13,777 nucleotides of DNA, taken from Deltaproteobacteria bacterium TL4 (GTDB lineage: Bacteria; SAR324; NAC60-12). Below are positions 1 to 8,027 of the stretch, piece by piece. The position numbers were made by a program, and so were the translations under genes. The notes under the pieces are model-generated. The model saw nothing but the letters and a program-made list of their open reading frames with translations. It was not told the origin of the DNA and did no database searches. Within the stretch, counting starts at the first letter, position 1; every line of letters starts with the position of its first letter. The stretch spans positions 1-13,777 of the forward strand of contig JBBCAX010000279.1 of assembly GCA_051382335.1 (NCBI GenBank). The letters are read 5' to 3'.

Positions 1-24
1 CACTTTAGACCGGTAGCCCTTTTT

Positions 25-139
25 TTAACCACGAAAAACACGAAAAACACGAAATAAAACCTGCAAAATAGGGTTTCACGGAGGAATTCATTTATTAAAA
101 AATCATTTATTTCGTGTTTTTCGTGTTTTTCGTGGTTAA
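25..139. repeat. Perfect 34-bp inverted repeat whose arms are tandem 9-mers; 47-nt spacer
   Basis: 25-58 TTAACCACGAAAAACACGAAAAACACGAAATAAA is the exact reverse complement of 106-139 TTTATTTCGTGTTTTTCGTGTTTTTCGTGGTTAA. Units CACGAAAAA/CACGAAAAA/CACGAAATA at 30-56. Confidence 0.95.
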
Positions 140-187
140 TTTTCAAACCACCTGCACAGCTCGAAAAATATTTGACAACATATTAAC

Positions 188-216
188 TTGTGGCGTTACC
201 GTTCAGGGTATAGAAT
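188..216 (+). promoter_or_regulatory. Candidate sigma-70 promoter for the kinase operon
   Basis: TTGTGG (188-193), 17 nt, TAGAAT (211-216). Motif match only. Confidence 0.45.
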
Positions 217-365
217 TCAGAAAAATTTAGGTGGAATATCACCATGAAATTGAGAAAATGACACTCAGTTCATCAATAACAGTTCTTTTCGTATGCCCCT
301 TTTGTTAGTGTTCCGTTTGACTCTACCCGTTTAACGATGTTGTAAGCAATGATTTTGGGGGAAAT

Positions 366-3080
366 ATGTTTGCATTTCATTTGGCAGGCAAGCACACTCT
401 TGCTTCAAAACTTTACAAAGTTATCTTTGGAATTTATTGTTTGGTTACTCTGATCATCACGATGATTCAGTTAACGGTCGAGTATTGTCATGTCAAAGAG
501 GACCTTCTCCAGGAACTTCATCAACTTTCCAAAACAATTCTTCCTGAAATGGCTCAAGCCCTCAAGTCTCACGACGATACCCTGTTGAGAGATTTTTTGA
601 AAAGCCTCCAGAATATACCTGCGGTTGTCGGCTCAAAAGTCTCCAATCCGGATGGGGAGGTTCTGTTTACTGTTGGCAAAACGTTCGATCAGCGGGGTCA
701 GCGGACGGTCCCGGGAGTTGAGGGGCCTCTTGATATTTATTCCAACGCCAACAACCCTGTTTCAGGTTTATTTGGGTATGAGTTTCCTCTTATGCCCGCA
801 GACAAAGCGCAGAATCTCGCCCCTCTGGGTACAATAACCCTCTATTCCAGTAATGAAATTATCTTCCAAAGGGATCTTTCTGGATTTTTACTGATTCTTG
901 GCGGTGCTGTTGTCAAATCCTTTGCGTTATGGATCATTTTTTTTATAGCCATCCGTGCCTTTTTATCGAAACCCCTGGCTCAATTGTCGGGTGCCATAGA
1001 AAATTTAGATCCCGAAAACCCCGTAGAAACCACAATTGTGAGTCGCTTTTCGAACGGTGAACTGACTATTCTCCAGAACGCGTTTGACTCCCTTGTCAAC
1101 AAATTGAGACTTATGAAAACAGAGATCTTAAACTTTGTCGACGCCACCCCTATGGGAATTCACATGTATGAACTCCATGAGCAACGACTTGTTTTCGCAG
1201 GCTATAATTCTGGCGCAAATAAGCTTTTTGGGGTGAATCATGATCAATTTATGGGGAAAACACTTGAGGAGGCCTTTCCCACTCTTAGAGAAACCGAAAT
1301 TCCCCAAAAGTACAGGCTTGCGGCAGCAGAAGGGATCCCTTGGACCAAAGAGTTGCTTGAGTATCAGGACGATCAGATCCAAGGCACCTTTGATATTTAC
1401 GCTTTTCAAACTTCACCCGGGAAAATGGCGGTGATCTTTAATGACGTAAGTAAACGGCGACAAATGGAACAACAACTCCGTATCGCAAAAGAACAAGCAG
1501 AACGGGCCAACGAGGCAAAAAGTCAGTTTTTAGCCAATATGAGCCATGAAATCCGCACTCCGTTGAATTCCATTGTGGGGTTCAGTCAGATCCTCAGTCA
1601 ACAAGCTGAGGAGTTGAAACTCCCTGGAGAATTTATCCAATACCTTAAAACCATTCAAAGAAGCGGAAAAAACCTGACCGAGTTGATCAACAATGTGCTT
1701 GATTTATCCAAAATAGAAGCCGGCAAGATTGAAGTCAATCAGGAAGAGATCAACATCGAATTGTTGGTCCAGGGGATTTACCACATCAACCGGGCCTTGG
1801 CGTTAAGCAAGCAGATCCCTTTTAGCTATGAAATATCCCCCGGTTTATCCAATGTCCTTTCGGATCGAACCAAAATTAACCAGATCTTGATGAACCTGGT
1901 TGGAAATGCGCTTAAATTCACACCAGCACACAAAAAAGTGGTTTTGCAAGTGGGCAGGAGTGAACATGAGATGATTTTTCAGATTAGGGACCAGGGCATT
2001 GGGATTGCTCCGGAAAATCTCGAAGTTATTTTTATGCCTTTTGATCAGGCGGATCCCTCCATCGTTCGTCGTTATGGAGGAACAGGATTGGGGTTATCGA
2101 TTGCGAAGAAGATGACGGAGTTGATGGGAGGGCAGCTTGAAGTTCAAAGTACCTTGGGCGAAGGCTCAACCTTTATAGTCAAACTTCCGCTGCTTGAGGT
2201 TAAAGCCAATGCGAAAAACGCTCAGGATTTCAACTGGAAACATTATTACGCTACGCAGAAACGTCGCATATTGGTGATTGAAGACACCTTGGAAAACCAA
2301 GAGATGATGCATGTCTTGTTTAGAGAACTGGGCATTGAAGTCATATTTGCGGATGAGGGGCCAGAAGGGATAGAAAAAGCCATAAACCTGAAACCTGATT
2401 TGATTTTGATGGATATTTGTATGTCTGGAATGTCCGGTGTGGAGACGACCCGGTCCATTAAAAAAATCCCGGAATGTCAAGATATTCCCATTATTGCTCT
2501 TTCTGCCGATGCTTTCCAGGAACAGCAGCAAAAAGCCTTTGAGGCGGGTGTCTCCGATTATTTAACCAAACCTTTTGAAGTTTATCAACTTTTATCCATC
2601 TTAAACAAACATCTCACCATTCATGCCCCTAAAACTCAACCTTTACTGCCCCAGGACCTCCGAAAGCAAATGCTTCAGCATTTCGAAGGTCTGGTAACAC
2701 GGACACCTGATGTAAAGGAAAAATTTTCAGAAACGATCCTCATGCTGAAAAAGCTGTGCCAGGGATATCGGAGCACCTATCATGCGCTCTTGGAACAACT
2801 TGAGATTGAGCTTAATAGTGCCCTGAACCTGGAAAAATCCTATGCGCTTATTCAAGGGGTTCTCGATACCCACCGCCAACTGCTGGAGGAGTTTAAAGTG
2901 CTGTCTGAGATTCCTCACTTTTATGCCAAACATATCACAGATCAAATTAAGAAAATGAAGAACCTTTGTAGTTATTATGATTCGCCTTACCTTGAACTGC
3001 TCGACCAGATTCAGGAAGCGTCAGTCACAAGAAACTCTAAAGAAATTCCACAATTAATACAGGAGGTCGTTCATGACTAG
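366..3080 (+). CDS. Membrane-bound hybrid sensor histidine kinase (TM-periplasmic-TM-HAMP-PAS-HisKA-HATPase-REC plus duplicated C-terminal helical domain)
   Basis: 904-aa ORF, G-rich SD (GGGGGA) before ATG. Two hydrophobic segments; H-box FLANMSHEIRTPLN (His394); N-box NLVGNALKFT; DQGIGI; GGTGLGL; receiver ILVIED...DLILMD...ALSAD...YLTKPF. Confidence 0.95.
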   Translation: MFAFHLAGKHTLASKLYKVIFGIYCLVTLIITMIQLTVEYCHVKEDLLQELHQLSKTILPEMAQALKSHDDTLLRDFLKSLQNIPAVVGSKVSNPDGEVLFTVGKTFDQRGQRTVPGVEGPLDIYSNANNPVSGLFGYEFPLMPADKAQNLAPLGTITLYSSNEIIFQRDLSGFLLILGGAVVKSFALWIIFFIAIRAFLSKPLAQLSGAIENLDPENPVETTIVSRFSNGELTILQNAFDSLVNKLRLMKTEILNFVDATPMGIHMYELHEQRLVFAGYNSGANKLFGVNHDQFMGKTLEEAFPTLRETEIPQKYRLAAAEGIPWTKELLEYQDDQIQGTFDIYAFQTSPGKMAVIFNDVSKRRQMEQQLRIAKEQAERANEAKSQFLANMSHEIRTPLNSIVGFSQILSQQAEELKLPGEFIQYLKTIQRSGKNLTELINNVLDLSKIEAGKIEVNQEEINIELLVQGIYHINRALALSKQIPFSYEISPGLSNVLSDRTKINQILMNLVGNALKFTPAHKKVVLQVGRSEHEMIFQIRDQGIGIAPENLEVIFMPFDQADPSIVRRYGGTGLGLSIAKKMTELMGGQLEVQSTLGEGSTFIVKLPLLEVKANAKNAQDFNWKHYYATQKRRILVIEDTLENQEMMHVLFRELGIEVIFADEGPEGIEKAINLKPDLILMDICMSGMSGVETTRSIKKIPECQDIPIIALSADAFQEQQQKAFEAGVSDYLTKPFEVYQLLSILNKHLTIHAPKTQPLLPQDLRKQMLQHFEGLVTRTPDVKEKFSETILMLKKLCQGYRSTYHALLEQLEIELNSALNLEKSYALIQGVLDTHRQLLEEFKVLSEIPHFYAKHITDQIKKMKNLCSYYDSPYLELLDQIQEASVTRNSKEIPQLIQEVVHD
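2661..3077 (+). repeat. Intragenic tandem duplication of a ~70-aa domain (2661-2870, 2871-3077)
   Basis: RKQMLQHFEGL...ILMLKKLCQGYRSTYHALLEQL...LIQGVLD aligns with HRQLLEEFKVL...IKKMKNLCSYYDSPYLELLDQI...LIQEVVHD at a 70-residue offset. Confidence 0.8.
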
Positions 3081-5034
3081 CTTAATCGTTGTTGATGATG
3101 ATAGCACTTTTCTGACTCAAATCGCCTTTTACCTGGAATCTATGGGGTATGATCTTGAATATCTCTCGGAATCCAGGTTTTTATTTCAGATGCTGGAAAG
3201 TATGAAGGCCGACCTCATCCTGATGGATATCAGCATGCCGGAGAATGATGGGATCCGCCTGCTGGGACAACTCAAAGCACATCCGGCTTTTCGTACAATT
3301 CCTGTGATTATGATGACTTCGGGCGATAGCGATGAGGTTCTGGAAAGATGTTTGGAATTGGGAGCCGTGGACTTTATCAGTAAACCTGTAAATGAAGTGG
3401 CTCTCAAAGCTCGAGTTCGCTCAGCACTCAAAATTCAATCCTACATTGACAGACTCAAGGAAAGTGAAGCGAATTACCGCATGATTACGGAAACAGCCAC
3501 CGACGCCATCATCACAATTGACGCTGAAAGTACGATTTTATTCGCGAATAAAGCTGTGGAAAAAATATTTGGGTATTCCCTACCGGAATTATTGGGGCAA
3601 AAAATCACTCTGCTCATGCCTGAAGAAATGCGAGAGGCGCATTTGAATGCTATTTCGCGTTATACAGAAACGAAACAGAAACATATTTCCTGGAAGTCCA
3701 CAGAGCTTGAAGGCTTGCATAAAAGAGGACATAAGGTTCCCCTGGACATCTCCTTTGGTGAAATAACACTGGGACAAAAGACTGTTTTTACAAGCATTAT
3801 CCGCGACATAACGGAGCGTAATCAGTTACATGCGCAATTACGGAAAGCGGAAAGAATGAAATCTATTGGCGTGTTGGCAGGCGGTATCGCTCACGATTTC
3901 AATAACATCCTCGCGATCATCATGGGGTATGCTCAATTACTCCAGCCCTGCGTGAAAGAAACTCCTGTGGAGAAGGACTATGTTAACCGCATCATTCATG
4001 CGTCAAATCGCGCAAAAAAGGTGGTGCTTCAGTTACGGGATTTAGCAAGTCATCAAGACAAACAATTGAAACCCGTCTTGTTGTCTCATGTTGTAGATCA
4101 AGCCTTAAAAATGGCAACAACGGTCTTACCTGAAAATGTTAAAGTGCATATGGAATTGGAGGCTGCTCATGATATCAGGATCAGGGGCAATGAATCTCAG
4201 TTGTATGTAATGATCATAAGCCTGTGTGTGAACGCTAAAGAGGCCATGCCGACTGGCGGAATGATCAAAGTCAGCCTGAACTCGCTCACCCTAAAGGGAA
4301 ATCAAACCGATGGGACGATAGGCCTGATACCTGGCGATTATCTGAGACTGACCATCGAGGATACGGGACATGGCATGGACAAAGAGACGCTGGAGCACGT
4401 GTTTGACCCATTTTATACAACTAAAGGGCTCGGAGGCACCGATTTGGGTCCCTCTCAAGACGGCACAGGGCTGGGGCTTTACATCGTGTATAACCTCGTT
4501 CTCCATCATCACGGCAAAATCGTGGCAGAAAGTCGCCCCGGTGAAGGGACGACGTTCAAATTATATTTCCCGGTTTACGGGGAACCGGCTGTGGCACCTC
4601 AGGAAGAGAAAAAATTGGAAATTTTGCCAAAGGCGATTCCTGAGTCCATAAAATTAAAGATCTTGTTGGTTGAGGATGAAGCCTATTTAGCTCGCTGTTA
4701 TTCCTCTATTTTAGAATTGGAAGGATATCAGGTGACCCTCTTCAATAATGGAAAAGACGCATTGATCAATTTCCAGAACAATCCTGATCAATATGATCTT
4801 GTTTTGACGGATCAAATCATGTCTGAAATGTTAGGACATCAATTGAGTGAGGAGTTGCTCAAACTTCGTTCTGAAATTCCGATCATCATCATGACAGGTT
4901 ACAGTGAGATCTTGACAAAAGAAAGAACCGCGGAGCTCGGAATTCGCAAGCTGCTTTTAAAGCCTTTCAGTACGGAAAATCTTCTCGATGTGATTCAGGA
5001 AGTGATGTTTGGGAAAGTAAAGAATTTTTCCTAG
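3073..5034 (+). CDS. Cytoplasmic hybrid kinase/response regulator (REC-PAS-HisKA-HATPase-REC)
   Basis: 653-aa ORF; SD AGGAGGT at 3061-3067; 8-nt overlap with upstream gene. N-terminal REC (VVDDD, DLILMDISMP, FISKP); FixL-type PAS; H-box LAGGIAHDFNNIL (His274); DTGHGM, FDPFYTTK, GTGLGL; C-terminal REC (LVEDE, DLVLTD, LLKPF). Confidence 0.95.
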   Translation: MTSLIVVDDDSTFLTQIAFYLESMGYDLEYLSESRFLFQMLESMKADLILMDISMPENDGIRLLGQLKAHPAFRTIPVIMMTSGDSDEVLERCLELGAVDFISKPVNEVALKARVRSALKIQSYIDRLKESEANYRMITETATDAIITIDAESTILFANKAVEKIFGYSLPELLGQKITLLMPEEMREAHLNAISRYTETKQKHISWKSTELEGLHKRGHKVPLDISFGEITLGQKTVFTSIIRDITERNQLHAQLRKAERMKSIGVLAGGIAHDFNNILAIIMGYAQLLQPCVKETPVEKDYVNRIIHASNRAKKVVLQLRDLASHQDKQLKPVLLSHVVDQALKMATTVLPENVKVHMELEAAHDIRIRGNESQLYVMIISLCVNAKEAMPTGGMIKVSLNSLTLKGNQTDGTIGLIPGDYLRLTIEDTGHGMDKETLEHVFDPFYTTKGLGGTDLGPSQDGTGLGLYIVYNLVLHHHGKIVAESRPGEGTTFKLYFPVYGEPAVAPQEEKKLEILPKAIPESIKLKILLVEDEAYLARCYSSILELEGYQVTLFNNGKDALINFQNNPDQYDLVLTDQIMSEMLGHQLSEELLKLRSEIPIIIMTGYSEILTKERTAELGIRKLLLKPFSTENLLDVIQEVMFGKVKNFS

Positions 5035-6080
5035 TTTTTTTGTTGCAGGGCTTCCACACAAGGAAAGACTTTTTCTGGTAAGATCGACGTTAAGCATTGA
5101 TGCGGAGGGGTTATTTGACACTCACCTTGGCCTGTTCTGGAGCAGGGTCGGCAAGGCAGAGGGGTTTCAAACAGCAGACTGTTTTTCAAAAAAGGAGCAA
5201 ACCCCAGCTCTCTGGCTGTTGGACCAAAGAAAACAAAAGCGGGCGTTCGCATGGCTTCGGCTATGTGTCCAATTGAGGTATCGTTACAGATCGCGAGAAA
5301 CGCGTGTTTTAAGAGTTCAGCGGATTCCAATAAAGAAAGTTCTCCCGCAAGGTTATGGACCCTGCCTTCGAAATGTTGGGCTAAAAATTGGGATTCAATT
5401 TCCGCAGCCCCCCCCACTAAAATAACTTCCCAGTGTTGCGATAATAACCATTGAATCAACTGTTTAAAATAGTCAAAAGGCCAGGCTTTGAGAGGGAAGG
5501 AAGCAGACGGTCCGATACAAATATACCGTTTTGGAACCAGCTTGAGCGTTTTTAGCAATTGTTGAACGCGAGTCTGAGCTTGCAGTGAAGGAAACAGTTC
5601 TGTATGCGCCTGTAGCGGGACAGACGTTTGTCTTTGCAACGGTTCTAACAGATGTTCCCGCTGAGACAAGCCATTTTTGAGAAAGTTAATTTTCCATCGG
5701 ACCAAGAGTTCCCTTTGCCAGCTTCGTTTATTGATACTCCAAACTTGAACTCCCCGTTTCAGGCCAAAAGAACAGAGATTCCACACAATCCAGCGACTTC
5801 TTAAGGAGCGATGGGCATCATAGATCACACTGAAGGACTCTTGTTTCAAACGCTGAATGAGTTGTCGCAGTTCTTTCCAGGTTTCTTGACGAGGGTGCAA
5901 AATAGTCTCATCAAGGTGCGGATTGTTGGACAGAATTTCCCCAAAACCTTTGGAGGTCAATAAGGTGACATGACTCTGGGGATAAAGACGCTTCAATTCC
6001 CGGTAGATGGGAGTTGTCAGGACCAGATCACCAATCGAGCTGAAACGAATAATGAGAATCTTCACACGCTTCCCTTGCAT
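5031..6080 (-). CDS. Glycosyltransferase family 9 (WaaF/RfaQ-like LPS heptosyltransferase)
   Basis: KILIIRFSSIGDLVLTTP, NPHLDE, K.WP, NLAGELSLLE, NDTSIGHIAEA...FGPT and C-terminal CRPC..C...C are typical of GT9. True start may be GTG at 6065. Stop overlaps the convergent kinase stop (CTAG, 5031-5034). Confidence 0.9.
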   Translation of the reverse strand: MQGKRVKILIIRFSSIGDLVLTTPIYRELKRLYPQSHVTLLTSKGFGEILSNNPHLDETILHPRQETWKELRQLIQRLKQESFSVIYDAHRSLRSRWIVWNLCSFGLKRGVQVWSINKRSWQRELLVRWKINFLKNGLSQREHLLEPLQRQTSVPLQAHTELFPSLQAQTRVQQLLKTLKLVPKRYICIGPSASFPLKAWPFDYFKQLIQWLLSQHWEVILVGGAAEIESQFLAQHFEGRVHNLAGELSLLESAELLKHAFLAICNDTSIGHIAEAMRTPAFVFFGPTARELGFAPFLKNSLLFETPLPCRPCSRTGQGECQITPPHQCLTSILPEKVFPCVEALQQKN

Positions 6081-6151
6081 TAAAACAAATTTTCACAAAA
6101 TTTGCATTTCTTGATTGGAACAGGATTTATAGACTTTAAGACAAGTCTTTC

Positions 6152-6205
6152 CCGGGAATGCGGGCATCCTGCCCGCAAAAGCAGGCGGGACGCCTGCGCT
6201 CCCAG
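6152..6205. repeat. REP-like inverted doublet (two 25-nt units, each a hairpin, separated by AAAA)
   Basis: 6152-6176 CCGGGAATGCGGGCATCCTGCCCGC; reverse complement of 6181-6205 CTGGGAGCGCAGGCGTCCCGCCTGC; 18/25 identical. Each has a perfect 7-bp stem and 3-nt loop. Confidence 0.8.
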
Positions 6206-6254
6206 CCCAAAAATCCATACCGCAAACGGCATGGGTATTTTTCTGCCTCCGTGG

Positions 6255-6281
6255 TCAAACTTTGAACAGCTTGGCCGAACT
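6255..6281 (+). promoter_or_regulatory. Candidate sigma-28 (FliA-type) promoter
   Basis: TCAA (6255-6258), 15 nt, GCCGAACT (6274-6281) versus consensus TAAA-N15-GCCGATAA; directly upstream of SD AAGGA and ATG 6301. Confidence 0.55.
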
Positions 6282-6300
6282 TTTATCAAAGGATGAGATT

Positions 6301-6678
6301 ATGGATATCAATTTGGTTTCCGCAAAAAGTACGGACAGTATGGGTCGAAGTACAGGACGAACGATGTTCGATAGCAAGCCTGCTTTGACCTTCAATCAAA
6401 TCCGTGAAATCCGCACAGGGTTTGAGTATGAAACTCAACCCTTACAAAATATTTTAGGCTCCCATGAGCACCAAACCATGATGGTTGCCATGTATGAGGG
6501 AACGGAGCAGTTGTTGAATAAAAACGTTTCCAGTTTCGACGTCAGCATGTACCTGCAAGCATTGAAAACCAGTGCCCAGGACCTCCATAAGCAAGGACTC
6601 CCGTTAGATAAATTCCGTTCCTCGTTATTCAGACACTCTCAAGAATCAGTGGTTCAATTGATAAGCCAGCGTATCTGA
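6301..6678 (+). CDS. Hypothetical protein, ~125 aa
   Basis: Occupies the gap between GT9 and pmbA. ATG 6301 has SD AAGGA (6289-6293) 7 nt upstream, preferred over the track's TTG at 6262. Stop is 8 nt from the convergent pmbA stop. No family recognised. Confidence 0.75.
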   Translation: MDINLVSAKSTDSMGRSTGRTMFDSKPALTFNQIREIRTGFEYETQPLQNILGSHEHQTMMVAMYEGTEQLLNKNVSSFDVSMYLQALKTSAQDLHKQGLPLDKFRSSLFRHSQESVVQLISQRI

Positions 6679-6686
6679 TTTTTGGG

Positions 6687-8027
6687 TCAGGAACCGCTGA
6701 TAGCCATTTTTTCAACTTTAAATGCTGGTGACAGGATGGAGCTTCGTAAATCAATGTCCTTTGCAATCATGTGAATATTGTTGAGAATATTCAAATAAGT
6801 ACTGGCGATGGTGAACTCCTGCACTGACTCAGCGAGTTTGCCGTCACGAATCATCAGTCCCTGAGCTCCGCGGGAGTAATCACCTGTGGTAATATTGGCT
6901 CCCTGTCCTGACATGAAGGTTAGATATAGCCCCTCAGGAGTGCTGGCAATCAACTCCTCTTCTGAATAATTTCCTGGAATCAGGACCAGGTTGGACGTCC
7001 CGTTGGAGTGTCCTGTGGTGGTCATGCCCAGTTTGTTCGCGGAGTAGGTTGAAAGCATGTAATTTTGCAAAATACCCTCTTCCAACAGGGTCAGTGGTTT
7101 TGCCCTTACCCCTTCTCCATCATAGTATCGACTTCCCAAGCGTTCAGCCAGTAGGGGCTCATCCTGCAATTGAACCGCTTTGGTGGCAATCGTTGTTCCC
7201 AGGCGATCCACGAGGAAAGAATTTTTTCTAAAAATATTGTCTCCCATCATCGCGGAGGATAAGCTGCCTAAAAAACTCCGAGCCATTTCTGGACTGAAGA
7301 CTACCGCAAGTTCCTGACTTTTGGGTTTTACCGCGCCAAGTTTACGCAGAACCCGTTCGCAGGTTTTTTCCGCGATATGTTCAAGCGGTTCCAACTGATG
7401 ATAAAACCGGGTGCAGCTATACCAGCCATCGGTTTGTTTTCGTGCGGAATTCAAACCATTGGAATCTTGATCTTCCGCAAACGCGGTCACCCCCAGACTG
7501 TAAAGCGTTTTGGTGATGCCATCGATAAATCCGTTACTATCGGCATAAACCGAGTGTGACAAGGTGTCCGAATAATAGGCTTGTTCGGATTTGAGTTTGG
7601 GGTCTCGCGCCAAGACTTCTTGTTCCAACGCCTTGCTCATCTGGACTTTTTCCTCAGTGGTAAATTGACTGTACTGAGGGTCTTCAAACTTCAGATCCCC
7701 TTCGGCACGTCCTTGCAAAGACGGGTCTGGCAGGGTATAAAAGGGATCCTCTCCCATGTAAGGGAGCGTTTGGATGGTGGATTTGATCAAGGGTTTTAAG
7801 GTTTCCAACCGCAAGTCATTTGAAGAAACGGAAGATCGTTTATGCTCTTTGGATAAGCTGATATGAATCCCTGAGGAACCGGACTCCTTCAGCAAATCAA
7901 TTTGTCCCTCGCGCACTTCTACCTGAAAGGTTGTCGCTCTGCCCACAGAAACGGTAACGGTGTCAGCACCGCATTTTTTTGCGTATTGGATCACGTCTCG
8001 AGTCAATTGCTTATATAAATCAATCAC
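6687..8027 (-). CDS. pmbA: TldE/PmbA family protein (non-catalytic partner of TldD)
   Basis: 446 aa; VVFSPEMARSFL, FRKNSFLVDRLG, YDGEGV, STYSANKLGMTTTGH, GANITTGDYSRGAQG; no HExxGH. GTG start overlaps tldD stop (GTGA) with AGGAGG upstream. Confidence 0.92.
   Translation of the reverse strand: MIDLYKQLTRDVIQYAKKCGADTVTVSVGRATTFQVEVREGQIDLLKESGSSGIHISLSKEHKRSSVSSNDLRLETLKPLIKSTIQTLPYMGEDPFYTLPDPSLQGRAEGDLKFEDPQYSQFTTEEKVQMSKALEQEVLARDPKLKSEQAYYSDTLSHSVYADSNGFIDGITKTLYSLGVTAFAEDQDSNGLNSARKQTDGWYSCTRFYHQLEPLEHIAEKTCERVLRKLGAVKPKSQELAVVFSPEMARSFLGSLSSAMMGDNIFRKNSFLVDRLGTTIATKAVQLQDEPLLAERLGSRYYDGEGVRAKPLTLLEEGILQNYMLSTYSANKLGMTTTGHSNGTSNLVLIPGNYSEEELIASTPEGLYLTFMSGQGANITTGDYSRGAQGLMIRDGKLAESVQEFTIASTYLNILNNIHMIAKDIDLRSSILSPAFKVEKMAISGS

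Noticed and set aside
25..139. CRISPR array or IS ends
   Set aside because: Only two inverted arms, no direct repeat-spacer series, no cas or transposase gene, no clear target-site duplication.
172..202. TTGACA at 172-177 as a -35 element
   Set aside because: Nearest -10-like hexamer (TACCGT) is 19 nt away; the 188-216 pair fits better.
6080..6296. ORFs 6080..6289 (-) and 6102..6296 (+)
   Set aside because: Both read through the REP doublet and promoter region; the peptides (LGAQASRL, RAGCPHSR) are translations of the palindrome.
6262..6300. TTG start at 6262 for the orphan
   Set aside because: No SD and lies inside the sigma-28-like promoter; ATG 6301 has a well-spaced AAGGA.
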